Made by a program: the position numbers and the translations under genes
NCBI RefSeq assembly: GCF_964355755.1
Contig: NC_092676.1
Span: 377,788 to 441,787, forward strand
DNA length: 64,000 nt
DNA from: Antedon mediterranea
Taxonomy: Eukaryota; Animalia; Echinodermata
Reading direction: 5' to 3'
The notes under the pieces: model-generated
The model's input: only the letters and a program-made list of their open reading frames with translations
Told to the model about the DNA's origin: nothing
Database searches by the model: none
Shown: piece after piece, positions 24,031 to 37,359 of the stretch
Numbering within the stretch: position 1 is the first letter of the stretch
How the letters are laid out: every line of letters starts with the position of its first letter

Positions 24031-26965
24031 CAACACAATGTTCACAAACCTACAACGTAACTGAGGACCCAGTGCATCCAGTATGCCGTGAGATAGCATA
24101 TTATATATTATTTAACATACCAATTTATATTATATTGCTAATATTGTATAATATTTATATAATATATTAACCATTTCTTCAGTGTTAGGTATAGTTACCA
24201 AATTTCACAGTACTGTACTTTATTTCAAAATTAGATATCGCTAATTTATACAGTAATTATTGTTGGTTTATTTTTAAACATTTTAATTTTAATAATACAG
24301 TTTTACATCTATCGTAATTGGTGTTCTTATTCTAATGCAATTAAGTGTAATCTTAAGTCACCCTCAATGTTGTGACTTACTTGCCGTTTTGTTAGCTACT
24401 ACCTACGTGATAAAGCAATTCTTATCTGCCACAAATTAATAGATTTTTAGCTACAAACTTTTTTTTTTTCAAATCTTTCATTTATATATTGATTCTTATC
24501 ATTTCAATTTATAGCCTATTTCTGTTTCTGACCTTTACGTACTCGTTTGATAATCTAAAGATAAAAAAACTGAAAGAGGAATTTCATTTGGAAAGGTTGA
24601 TACGAATTAAAAACATTATCTTGGTTAGTTTCGTTTCTTTATTTAGATTTAATTATGCAATATAATTAAATTCCAACTGTTTCCCTTTTCTTGGAAACCG
24701 TTGCAATAGGCCTTGGGCTTGAAGATGTTCTTTGTTAGGCTTGTAATAATTGATGTTGGTTGGCAATTTATTCAAAATATAGCCTATGTCTACCACAAAA
24801 CGGAAGCGCGTCAAAACCACTGTAGTGCCTACCACATTTAGTGTATTAATTCAACGGGTTTAGTGTGCTACTACCGAATCATACGCGTATCAAATTGCAT
24901 TGTGGTATTTCTACGTAGTAGCGTAGCGCGAAGTCACGCTTTGCGCGCACTATTGCAAGGGAACCAATCGCCAGCGCTAAGGTGAAATCTAGGTACTTAA
25001 TAAAAAACGAAAGTACTGTATTTTTTATTAGAATATATTACGCCCCTGTAGAATAAAATATTGAAACAATACAGAAATTAATCTAAAGGTCAATCAGTAA
25101 TGTTGTATCGTTATTAAATTGCGTATTGACAATTTAGTAACGGTGTTAAAAATATGCAGATGATAAATGATGTATAAATAAGTCAACTTAAATAATATTG
25201 TATATTTGGTGTAGATTTATGTAATTAAGAATAATCAATCGTTATTTATAAGGGTTTGTTTTAATAACATTTTGCAATAGATTTATATAGATTTTAGAAC
25301 CGTAGTGTAGGTTCCAAAGTCTAAAAAAATGTTAAAAAGTACTGTGATTTTAATAGTGCTTTAGAGATAGCGTGTGCAATCCAAACCAAGGTATGTAGAG
25401 TAGAGTGTTGGTTAATTGTGGAAGTGTGTTAATCGCGTATGTTAAACGAATACAGGTTATGGTAATGGATACTTTAGGTTTATATTATGCGTCACAAATA
25501 AATGTTTCACTTTAAATTACCGTGCCTCTGTCCTCATCATCCTGTATCCGCTTCTTCATGTTTGATCATTGTCAATGTAATCAAAGAATATAATTTAATT
25601 CAATTTGAGATAATTAAATAAAACGTTCATCATCTATATCCAGGATACTCCGTTTCCAAGGGTACAAGGTACGCGCAACGCATTATTTTGACCAATGGCT
25701 ATGATTGGTTAAATTCCTTGCGTTGTGCGTACGTACGTCTTTGGGTTGCGTCCAAGTAGTTATAAACCTTTGTACGCCTTCTTAAATTACGGTCACTAAT
25801 TTTTTTTTTAATAAAAAACAAAATGCTGTGTAGGAAGGACTACACACACGTCTCCAAAATTTCCGGTTTCCATATCCTGTATAATGAAAATTCGTTTGTT
25901 TTTCTTTAAATGCATTATTAATATATTTTCAACTCAATAGTTATCCGTTTGGTTGACTGATGGCATAAAGAGATAATCCGTTAGCCAGTTCCGGATTATT
26001 GTCAGTATGATCGCTTTATTGGCTTCATGACGGATTAACAAATAATTATTATTTCTAAAAATAAACTGTTTGGTACAATTATGAGGCCAAGGTTATGTGT
26101 GCGTTATGTGGAGTGGAATGGTGCCTCCCATTTTATGGACAACCCAAATATTGATAATAGGCCTAATACTTATTGCATGTTTGAAACATGTGATTATAAT
26201 ATTTTATATATAAAAATGAAAATCCAGACAGTGGGAGTTATAAAACGGAACACAGTGCGACGACGAATTAACTTGAATCTGAATGCATAATTACCAAGAC
26301 ACGATCGTGTACTTCCTATATTTTCATCATCTAATAAAGTCATGATCTAAAAAATCCGCCAGAAATCATCAAGGTATTACGTAACACATTGCTTTATGGG
26401 CCTTGTTCGCACTGCTACAGACATACAAATAAAGGTATTCCTTAAAATACATGTGTCTAATTTGCATATGAGACAGATATTGGGATTGAAATCAGAATGT
26501 GTGATACCTGTCCGGTCAACGCGGGAAATCCCGGTCGTAATAGGCCTATTATATTATCGGACCGAATATAGCTTCGCTACCAATGGAATTGGCCCTTCGG
26601 TGATAACGTATATATGATGTTGGTGCATTTTAATTAAAACAATTTTCATAGTAAACACTCGTATTGTACGGTCTTAAAATTATCCTGGTGAGGACAGACG
26701 TTATATCAGTGCATTGACTGCACTGTACGGTATCGTTAAACCAAGTTCAAGATTCGCGCTAAAATTATTTCCGCGAATATTTACCACCTCCAAAATATAC
26801 AGCAGGCTACCTATTACAGTATTCGCGAGTTATGTTACGTGATGCATGACTCAACCGCCGTTTGAACAGTGGAATAGCGGATGCCGTGAGATATTATGCT
26901 TCACTATTGACATAGTCGTGTGAGTGGTAGTACTGTCGTGTGAAAGCATTAAATGTAATGTGTGG

Positions 26966-27017
26966 TATAAAAATAACATTACACGCACCACTAACCAGTC
27001 TGACGGGTACAAGCAAG
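26966..27017 (+). promoter_or_regulatory. Candidate TATA box, initiator and short non-coding first exon of the Mae-like gene
   Basis: TATAAAAA 26966-26973, CCAGTC initiator-like motif about 30 bp downstream, strong donor CAAG|GTAAGA after 27017; candidate acceptors at 30691 and 30998. Confidence 0.4.
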
Positions 27018-28588
27018 GTAAGATGTGCTATTTTATTAGATATGTTGTTAAATGTATGTGAAGAGAATCGCAAGATATTTTAAACAGAACATGGACTGTG
27101 CTATGCCCGCTATGTGGTGGAGATCACGGATCTGCTGAATGAACGTATAGTATGACCTAAAAACGCAGTGTGACGCGTTGTCGACAACAACACAACTGAG
27201 ATGCAAAAATAAAACAAATTGAGCTTTGTGTATAAATACCAGGGAGAATTTACATCTCTTTTACAACCTAATTGTATTAAATATCGATGTAATTGAAATG
27301 TTGAAATCTGGATCAGATGCGTACTTTTTATGATGCAAACATTAATATTGATAATAATTAATGATGTATGTATGACGTAATGTGATAATATGTTGTTGAA
27401 AATTATCAGCGTAGATGCATGCATCTGAGCTAAAATAAGCAGGTTTTTTGATGTTTTTAGTAAAGTATAAATACGATAGCCTTTGTTACTAAAAAAGGTC
27501 TATATGTTCACTATTTCTTTAAAATTATAATTAAATAAATTACTTTATTTCATAATTATGATTAGTATTTATCGAACATAAATTGACAACTGACACCGTA
27601 CAGTCAACATGTCCTAATGTGACGTGCGCGTTCGTGAAAAATTCATTTTCTATGATTCATTTAACATTTCATTTATATAACAATGCATATCCGTGAGAAC
27701 CCCTTGATTTATGGCGAATGCGGATAACAACCACTGACACGTCTAGCCATCTACACGTAATAAAGCCTTCGTACGAGTAGGAGGCGGACATGTCTTAGTG
27801 GAGAACAACCCTACTGGGACATCTTATACAAATTTAACTATTAACACAATTTATGGTGTTCAATCAAATTATTGGCCTACTATACTAATAAAAAGAAAAA
27901 AAATGTATATAAAAAAACGTAGTAAATTTGGTAATAGCCGTACACTCATTGCGATGTTTTATAGATAAAGTATACACAATTAATGACGGATGCCTTATAT
28001 AGAAATGTTTTCACTCTGCTCTGGCTGAATGACAATAATTCTATACAGGATTTTGACCGATAATAACAGGACAAGGTACAAAGTTAAAACGCTTTTAAAG
28101 GAATTGAACAATAGATAGGACTACGACGGCAGCAGACTGGATGCTGATATTGTCTTTGTCATGTTAGTATAATGCGTGTCGTCGGTTGCCTATCCATATT
28201 CAACTTAATTGATATTACAGAATTGCAGCTTATCTAAGCTGACCTTTTCTTTTCCGGCTGACAATATGAACATCCGGGTGTTCTTATCCGCGCTGTCGAT
28301 TAACACATTCATGTATAATGTTTTGAGATACAATATTTCCAATGATCATTATAATGTCATACATTTTAATTTTACAATATCATGTGTTGTTATTGTATTT
28401 CCCCAATAGAAAAGTGACAGTACAAAACGATATAGAAAATTATTTTGGAATTTTGTGGATTTTTTTGTAAAAAGTCTGTAGGCGTATAAGATTCTAAAAA
28501 TAGTTTAATAATCCTTTGTTAGTGCTTTGTCCAATTTATTCAAATGCTGCATCTAGGCTATAATGCAATAGACGTTTGTGTTTCAACG

Positions 28589-30298
28589 CGTATCCGGATA
28601 TTCACCCCCTGGACATTTACCCCCCGGACAACTACCCCCCGGACAACCACCACCTGGACCACTACCCCCTTAGGACAACTACCCCTTTAGGACAACTACC
28701 CCCCGGACAAATACCCCCCGGACAACTACCCCCTTAGGACAACAACCCCCTTAGGACAACTACCCCCTGGACAACTACCCCCTGGACAACTACCCCCTAG
28801 GAACAATTACCCTCCGGACAATTACCCCCCGGACAATTACCACCCAGAAAACTATCCCTTTAGAACACCCTAACCACCCAGACCATTCAACAACCTGACT
28901 CTGCAACAGTGTATAATAGGAATTAATAACTATATTTTAATTCGTTACTTTGACGAATTACTATTCACTATTGTAAACAAAAGTAAAAGATTGAACATAA
29001 ATATAGCCTGGTATAAACTGAAGATTGTCACACATGATAATAGGATAGTCGAACGTATTATATAGTACTCCCTGTATTTACTGTAAAGACTGGGTTCGCT
29101 AATAATAATAATTTTTGCGTCAGGACAATGCTTCGATAACTACTGGTTTTAAAAGAATTAATTTTTGTCTCAAATTTGTCATAATTATATGTATTTTTGT
29201 ACACTTGAAGAATAATATCACTTTTGATATTTGACCTCAATGTTCACTCACCGAATAAACGTCGATCTTTAAATAAATTCCCCTCAAATAAACGGTGACC
29301 ATGTCACTCCCATGAAACATCATATGGAATAATCGGCGTCTATTTCCATTAGATTATACCCCCTCCCATTGAATAAACAACTTTCTTCCAATAAATGTCC
29401 ACCTAAAAACCACCTAAACAATAAACAGCCCAGGCCGTTTTTTCAATAAATACGGTACTTTAAATCTAGCGCATCTAGGGTCTAGCGTGCTGTTAAACAG
29501 AATAATCGGTTAAAAACGGGTGTTTCGAAACTAGAGACCCGAGACCAGAGACCAGAGACCCAATACGAAAAGGGAGACCTAAATATACGAAAAGGGAGAC
29601 CCACGTACGAAAAGGGAGACCCTACTATACGAAAAGGGAGACCCCACTATACGAAAAGGGAGACCCTAATATACGAAAAGGGAGACCTAAATATACGAAA
29701 AGGGAGACCCAGTTATACGAAAGGGAGACCCAAATATACAAAATGGGAGACCCAAATATACGAAAAGGGAGACCCACTATAAGAAAAGGGAGACTCCACT
29801 ATAAGAAAAGGGAGACCCCACTATACGAAAAGAGAGACCACACTAGACGAAAAGGGAGACCCTAATATACGAAAAGGGAGACCCAAATATAGGTCTCCCT
29901 TTTCGTATTGGGTCTCGTGTCAGGTCTCTGGTCTCGGGTCTCTAGTTTCGAAACACCCGTTAAAAACAGATGATTTCATTTTTACAGAAACCGGTCCTAT
30001 ATATTTGTCTACTTTTGGATGGGGGGGGGGGGTAGTTGACCGGGGGGTAGTTGACCGGGGGGTAGTTGACCGGGGGGTAGTTACCCGGGGGGTAGTTATC
30101 CTAAGGGGGTAGTTGTCCTAAGGGGGTGGTTGTCCGGGGGGTAGTTGTCCGGGGGGTTGTTATCCTAAGTGGGTAGTTGTCCTAAGGGGGTAGTTGTCCG
30201 GGGGGTAGTTGTCCGGGGGGTAGTTGTCCTAAGGGGGTAGTTGTCCGGGTGGTAAACATCCGGGGGGTAACTGTCTAGGGGGTAGGTGTCCTAGAACC
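28589..30298. mobile_element. Non-autonomous Mutator/Foldback-like element with modular repeat arms and 9-bp TSD
   Basis: Direct repeat GTTTCAACG at 28580-28588 and 30299-30307; left arm of (GGACAACTACCCCC)n units about 28600-28880 is mirrored by inverted (GGGGGTAGTTGTCC)n about 30025-30290. Confidence 0.8.
29518..29958. mobile_element. Nested MULE-like MITE with perfect TIR, 9-bp TSD and internal 22-23-bp tandem repeats
   Basis: TSD GTTAAAAAC (29509-29517, 29959-29967); TIR GGGTGTTTCGAAACTAGAGACCCGAGACCAGAGACC; internal ATACGAAAAGGGAGACCC array. Confidence 0.88.
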
Positions 30299-31063
30299 GT
30301 TTCAACGTACGTACGAGGCCTGTCGTTACTATTCTAATTTTTTTTATTAATGACGAATGTAAATTTAGGCCTACGAGAATATTATGGGAATATGAGACAG
30401 AAAGACAAATGTGTCATAGTTGTAGAGTCGATGACGACGATTACCATAAACGTTCTTTGTGTTGATTGGTGAGTGAAATTTTCACGTACTACGCGGAGTG
30501 CGCGCGTGTTGCCACACTGCATTTTGGGAATAAATAATTATTGTATATCGCCTATATACATTAACTACATGATATGTGTAAACCGTATATTTTGTATGAT
30601 CGCCCCCCCCCCCCCTTCCCTTCCCCTCATTTCCTCTGTCTGATGACATCATAATCGTTTCTTATAATTAACATCTTCCTTAAATTCACAGGAATAATTT
30701 GGAATCCGGACGGAGCTTCACTTGAGTGCTTTTTCTTTAATTTGAAGAAAATGGAATTATTATATTAGTAATGCTGGAGATTTATAGCAAATAATAACGT
30801 CGCAATAAACTTTGTCCGTCCAACGAACCCGGAACTTCCTATGCAAATTAAGGTCACTCATAGAGTGACATAACTGTGACCTCAAACCGGATACGAGTAA
30901 GCTATTCTGGATTATTAAAATGATCTGCTCCAATATCATAGCAACATTAGTCGCAAATCCAGGTGTAATTTGGTAGTTTGATAGTAGTCGTTCTGTAGTG
31001 AACCCGGATTTGTGGCGGTGGGTTTATATTGTAAACAATCTGATTTCAAAACGGGTGAGCTTA

Positions 31064-34000
31064 ATGGTTTTAAAGATGAATACGACTGTTGTTTGTCCAG
31101 TAACGGACACGATTCCAGTCGATCAAGTATCAAAGGACGCTCTTCATAAAACTCTTAAATTGTTTGAACATAAAAAACTAGGAAGGATAATTCTTGAACC
31201 TGATCAACCTAGGGCCCAGAACATGAAAGCACCGATATTGTACGGCAATGGTACTGCTGCAATAGCTAGTGTTAATAGTACCAATAAGTCAACGATGAAA
31301 AGTCGCGATGATGCGGATAAAGGAGTTAGATTAATTGAGGACTCTCGACGGCGAAAAATGGTAAGTTTCTAATTTAAAGTCGCCATGTTTTGTTTGATTA
31401 TTATTGATTGATTATTGAGAATTAATAATTTCTCCATGGAACAATTTATCACCTAAGAAACTTTTTCCTATTTACCGTGAAGTTTTTTTATCCGATAAAG
31501 TCTTTAAACCTGTTTTCCACTAAGTGAATTTATTCACGCGCGAATAATCGTAAACTATCCATTTCTCTATCACAACCATTTGCTAAAGAATGATCGATGC
31601 GCACGAATAAATTCGCCTAATTTTAATGTTTCCTTTGAAATATTAATGTGATTCATTTTTATTTTGTGGGCGTAGTGTGCAAAATATATACCGCACCAAC
31701 TCCTTGAAAATAGCCAGCCTCTCACAGGTAGAACGTAAATAATTGATGCGCGTAAAATAGATGGCGTGCGTAAACCGACCGGAAACGCGTCCTATGAAAG
31801 GCGCATATACCGGAAACGCGTATTTTGAACATACGCATACCGTGTCGACGTTTACGTCACACATTGCATGCTAAAATAAGGTTTTTAGAAAATGTAACTG
31901 TTAATTGATGGTATTTAAGTAGGCTACAGACCTACTCATCCGGGAAAACATAAATTATTTCTACTGATTTCCTAACCCGCTTTATTGATCATTAAGCCTA
32001 CGCCACATGGTTGCGCATTTATTTACATCATTTTAAATTTCCTTCCTATATCGCCCATGAATATGAAGACCACTGATAGTCTTACGTACATCCTTCTTTC
32101 TTTTATGTGAATTTAATTGGGCACTTGATGTCTTGAAAAATAAAATTTTAATTTTGTGTTCAACTTAGATTAGTTGACACAAAATAAGAGTCAGGTGCGT
32201 GGTACCGAGTAGTATCCACCAAGTCTAACCAAATTTGTGAGATTATTTTAACAACGATAATACTGGCTAATTCGAAAATGTTCCCTTTAGATAACAAAAT
32301 TAGCAATCAAGTCATTAAAACCATTATTGATTGACACAAATGATTAGTTAGTCTACCATACCAGGACTGACATAAGCATAAAATAATCACCACAGCCTCA
32401 CACGACAATCCTCCTCAGTCTCCCCAACCAATAAAACGGTAGGCCTACAGAATCTGCAAGGGTAGAGAATATGCAAGGGTAATCTGCAAGGGTAGAGAGA
32501 GAGAGCGAATCGAAAGTTACATCGGTAAGATTTAAAAGAGAACGTTCTAACCCATTTCCTATTGTATTTCATGTTTCAAAGTACTTTCACTTGTTGAATT
32601 ATTGCAAGCATTGACAGTACTGTATCTCGGTTAACTTAACATATCGATAAATTCCACTTGACCAAAAACGCGTTTTTCTATCGATTGTTTATGACGCAAT
32701 TTAACACATAGAATCTGCCTCTTCAATAGCCAATATACATGGTGACTAATTTACATAATAGTTCTTCCTGTTGAAATGTTGTCTCTGGTGCGTATAATAG
32801 TTTCTTTGTAGGCCTCTTATCAAATTTAACAAATATCATTTCACTGTATGGTGGCTCTAATTTGCATATTTCCTGCTAAAATGGCGTTTTTTTTCAGGAT
32901 ACGCGCTTCCTACTGATCTTCTTTGAAATCAAAACCCGGATTTAATGGGTGTAAATAATGCTACAAAGATTTAAATACGAACAAAAGATTCTGTTGTTTC
33001 AAATACTCAAGAACCGATAGAAATATAACGTGTGTAATGCCATCTGTCTTTAACAATTCGATGGTGTTAGAGATTTAGTCATTTCGAAAATATTATTCTG
33101 ATCGTAATAGTACTTTATACAATACTTAAACATGCACTATTGGAAACGGACATTATGAATTAGAATCAAAGGTGAAATTATCACATTTCACACCTTGGCC
33201 ATAATAAAACTTTAACTTGGCTTCTTTCCTCCAATCAAAACCCACAACAAATGACTTTTATTACTTTGGTGGTCATAATGGTTTTTAAACAGTCAATTTC
33301 CAAGAAAAACTGGTAGTAAATACAATATACACTTTAACGTCATGTTTTTCATCATTTTTATAAGGTACAAAAATGGCTAGCTCTGAGAAGATGCACATCG
33401 CAGATAGAGACGCCTCGTGACGTCATCAGTAGTCAGGTTTACAGCAGGGAAGTTTCAAACGCCACATCCATGCATCTGCCGAACGGTAAGATATAGTACG
33501 CGCATGCGTACAGTATACGTAACTCTCATCATCGCTGTTGTGTCATTATTTTCTATTCGTCACATTAGTAACAACATTAGATTATACATGTATTAACCAG
33601 ATGTTCATCTATACGACTTTCGTGTTTTTCCCTATTTGTTTGGCATAGGCCTAGTTATCTAGGTTAAATATTTGTTTAAATCATAAATTGGATATATTTA
33701 AACACACTTGACAACCATAACATATTATCAACATCCGGGTTTTTATTGCTTTCCAAATTAGTCGTTTATATTTAAGGTTGGCTAGTAAATCGTAACAGGA
33801 TACTGTATTCAATAAATGTCAACATCTAAAACAAGTACGTATAAAACATGCAGAAATAATCCGCGTTGATGTTTGTTTTTGTACGCGGCGTATTTGACCA
33901 ATCACAAGCGATAGATTATCCGAACTCTGTCACTTGTCATAGGTTAAGTCGCTTGCGTTGCGTTTACGTCCTTGCGTTGCCAAGCTTTCCCACGTGGATG

Positions 34001-34933
34001 CCACCATTGTAATTGATCACGCACAACGCAATGGAACATCCGAACTAAGATCGCTTGTGATTGGTCAACTCACTTGCGGCATACGCACTTCTGTTACGTC
34101 CTTGTGGGAACTAAGCTTTTTAAGCAAAAATATAAAAAGTACAAATGCGATGCATTCAACCCTATGACAGTGTGGGCGTAACTGGACGTTGAGTGGGTGT
34201 ATACACGCGTAATGGGTGTGGTCGTTAAATACCCGGTCCAAAGAAAATGATTATTGGGACTTTGTGAAAAAGAATAGGAAATATTTAAACACTGCGTTGA
34301 AACGTGCACCCCGCATTGAACCGTATAAAGCTGAGTTTATAGATTCTGTATACCTTCCCTTCCGACGCCGACACGGAAATAATTCCCATTAAATTGAATT
34401 TCATGATAATCCTTGAGTAACAAAACAATTTGATCGATGCTGTACTTAACTTGTGGTAACTTAGTTCCGGCTCAAAACATGTTTTGATAATTATACTTTT
34501 TTTTTTAATAGATCCACGAAAATGGACTCCTCAGGACGTTGCAGCATGGCTGCACTACATGGCAAACTCGTATTCTTTAAACATTGACTATAGTTATTTC
34601 CGAATGAACGGAAGAGCATTATGTCTTATGAATTTAGAAGGATTTCAGCGTCGTGTTTTTAATGGAAAAATCCTTTTTGCGGATTTTCGAGAACGACTCA
34701 GGAGAACAATGTTACCTAAACATAGTGCGCCCTCACCTCCTGTTCCACGACGACAATATTCTGTGATTGTGCGCAATGATAGTTGTCAAAATGGAGAAAA
34801 GATAGAATTGAATGAACGAAGGACAAAGGACCCAACTGACACATTTATTGTAACGGCAAGGAAGGACACAAAACCTGAAGAAGGAGGAAAACAAACTTTT
34901 AAAAGCGAGAGTATTCCCAATCCCAGTCTATGA
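31064..34933 (+). CDS. SAM/PNT-only protein, Mae (modulator of activity of ETS / ETS-domain lacking)-like, about 279 aa, 3 coding exons
   Basis: Exons 31064-31360 (start ATG uncertain, alternative 31076), 33365-33485 and 34512-34933 join in phase to give LPNDPRKWTPQDVAAWLHYMA...FRMNGRALCLMNLEGFQRRVFNGKILFADFRERLRR, a PNT domain most like Drosophila Mae; the ORF stops without an ETS domain. Confidence 0.8.
33894..34120. mobile_element. Degenerate dispersed repeat/MITE fragments (TTTGACCAATCACAAGC family)
   Basis: Motif shared with about 25670-25760 and 35550-35580; imperfect inverted ends AAGCTTTCCCAC ... GTGGGAACTAAGCTT. Confidence 0.4.
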
Positions 34934-35593
34934 TGTGGATTCGATTTATCAATTGATAATAATTGATAATTTATTAATTATCGATTTAATAATAATAATA
35001 TTATTTATTGATTCAATAACCAATAATAATAATTTATTGATTTAATAATTGGTAAATTATTGATTATTGATATCGATAATTATTAATTCAATAATCGATA
35101 ATATTGGTTATTGATTGATAAATCGATAAACTATAACATATCTGTGAAATCAATTGACTCAAAAGACATTATTTCAGTAAGGCATATTTTCATAATGGTT
35201 TATTTCATAAAAAAAAGAACTCTGAATTTCCACAACAGAGCTAGAATTATGGAGTGACCTTTAACGTTTTATAAACTCTCTTGATATGCATGCATTATTA
35301 GTTGCCAAATCCGGGTTTGTGATTGGTGAAGATTTTAGTGATTATCACGGAAGGTACAACAACCATCATCGGAAGCTAAAATCGGAAATGATCAATGATC
35401 GTGGAGATGACATGATCAAGGCATTACCGTAGGATACTTTTTAGAAAAGGTTGTCGCGACGGTTCGAATCGATATGATTACGTTTGTTTCATCAACCACC
35501 TGAATATAAACACGCCAATAGAAAGCGTGTTTCCCACCCTACGGATGAACGTACGCGCAATATTTTGACCAATCACAAGTGAAAAACGAGCTA

Positions 35594-35996
35594 AAGCCCG
35601 GCGCACACTACAGCTTCCGGCTGAGCCAACTGCCACGAGTAACACTTGCCTCACAGTGTGCGCCGGGGATTTCGTGAGGAATCGGCCACGCGTGCCGCTG
35701 AGGAAAATATCTATCGTGTTTAATATTTTTTGGCACGCGTGCCATTTTCCTCAAGTGTGCGCCGAACGTGAGCTTCCTGCTCACTAAAAATTTCACTGCG
35801 CATGACATGATTTATTATATTTCAGCGCGTGCTGTATAGCGTAGTAAGTAATTATCCAATCAGAAAATCGCGTACTGAAGGCGTTTAGTGTGCGTCCGAT
35901 AGAACGCGATCACAATTTGCGGCAAATTTGTTAGTGAGCCAAGTGTTACTCGCGTGCCAGTTGGCTCAGCCGAAAGCTCTAGTGTGCGCCGGGCTT
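35594..35996. mobile_element. MITE with about 60-bp imperfect TIRs (PIF/Harbinger-like termini)
   Basis: TA-AAGCCCGGCGCACACTACAGCTTCCGGCTGAGCCAACTG ... CAGTTGGCTCAGCCGAAAGCTCTAGTGTGCGCCGGGCTT-TA. Confidence 0.85.
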
Positions 35997-37359
35997 TAGC
36001 GTTAAATATGCTGCGCATACAGAACGTCTTGTTTATTGCGTCATTTTCATTCATGATACCTATAAATATTATGGTTTAAGAGTTTACGTTTTGCGTTGAT
36101 AGGACGACGCGTTCACAAACATAGACCTACAAGTAAACGATTAATTTTTATTTTGCCCTAGTCGATGCAGACAATGAACAATTCTTTTTTCGAGATGTTC
36201 CGGCTAAAGAAGTATTTTTTTCTATCGTATTTCTCTCTATCATATCGTTGGGAAATACATGTTTTAATCTCAGGATTATCAGGACTATTGTGTAAAATAA
36301 AGCGAACTTTTGCTGCAACCTATTTTAAATTCATCCCAACAGTTTGTGAGCGAATTTATTAGAAAGATGTAGAATAAATTGACGGCATTAAATTAAATGA
36401 CAGTGAGTAGAGATCATGTCGAAGTATAATAGCATAGACATTTAGTAAATGCAACTGCTAAGGCCTAGTGTTCAATAGTGACTCGTACATAATGTTCATT
36501 TTCTTAAATTAAATTATTTTAAAATTATGCCATTATAATAATTCTGAACTTTATTGTTGTGAATGTGAACAACAATAAGCCTAAATGGTTACACGTTCTG
36601 ATTTGTGTACTGAACATAAACCGCCGTAACATTACCTCATGTGTGTGTATGACTAAATGTGAGAATGTATCAATATGTATGTAATGTATATATTGTAAAT
36701 AAGGATGCATTTTGTGCAAAACTTGAATAAAATCATGTAAGTAAGACAAATATCGAGTCATTAGATGTGAATTGTTGATAATATAAAGTTCAATTTATTT
36801 ATACCCGACGTCAATTACTAACCACAACTGAAACTAATTAGACTTACACATTTACTTCATTTATTTTTACCAAGTTCAAATAAGGTCAAGGATTGTTGGC
36901 AAACAAGCGAGAGGTGTAGTGTACCCACACACGTATCAAACAATCCAGATTTTAGATTGACGGCGTGATTACGGATCATTTTTCGTATACGGTTTTTGAT
37001 AGGCAGTACAGAATTTTTCTCGACGACGACGACGCACGTCGACGACCGATGGTCAGTCATATTGACACATAATATGCATGACTCTGTTTTTAGTTTCGAG
37101 GCATTGAAAGCATGAACCAGTTATTCGAGTTCTTGGTAAAATATGAATAAACATTTTAGTTGAATTTGAAAGTACGTAGAAAAAGAATTTTACTACAACA
37201 GTTTTGATACGACGAGATTGAGTGTAGTCGTATAGAGCTTGAGGAAAATATAGATGGCGCTATACTATTATTAGTAAAAAAGTTCTAACAAGTCGCTATC
37301 GTTTCGAACTTTCAATTATCGTAACAAAAGTACTGTAGAATACCTAATAATTATTAAAT

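Noticed and set aside
22921-24060. 379-aa Q/H-rich ORF (MRNPLLHQQHHCYQEL)n
   Set aside because: Alternative frame of the 48-bp repeat; variants are mostly non-synonymous in it and it is not in frame with DCDC1.
34940-35135. AT-only (ATTGATAAT-like) tract after the Mae-like stop
   Set aside because: Simple low-complexity sequence with no defined period or structure.
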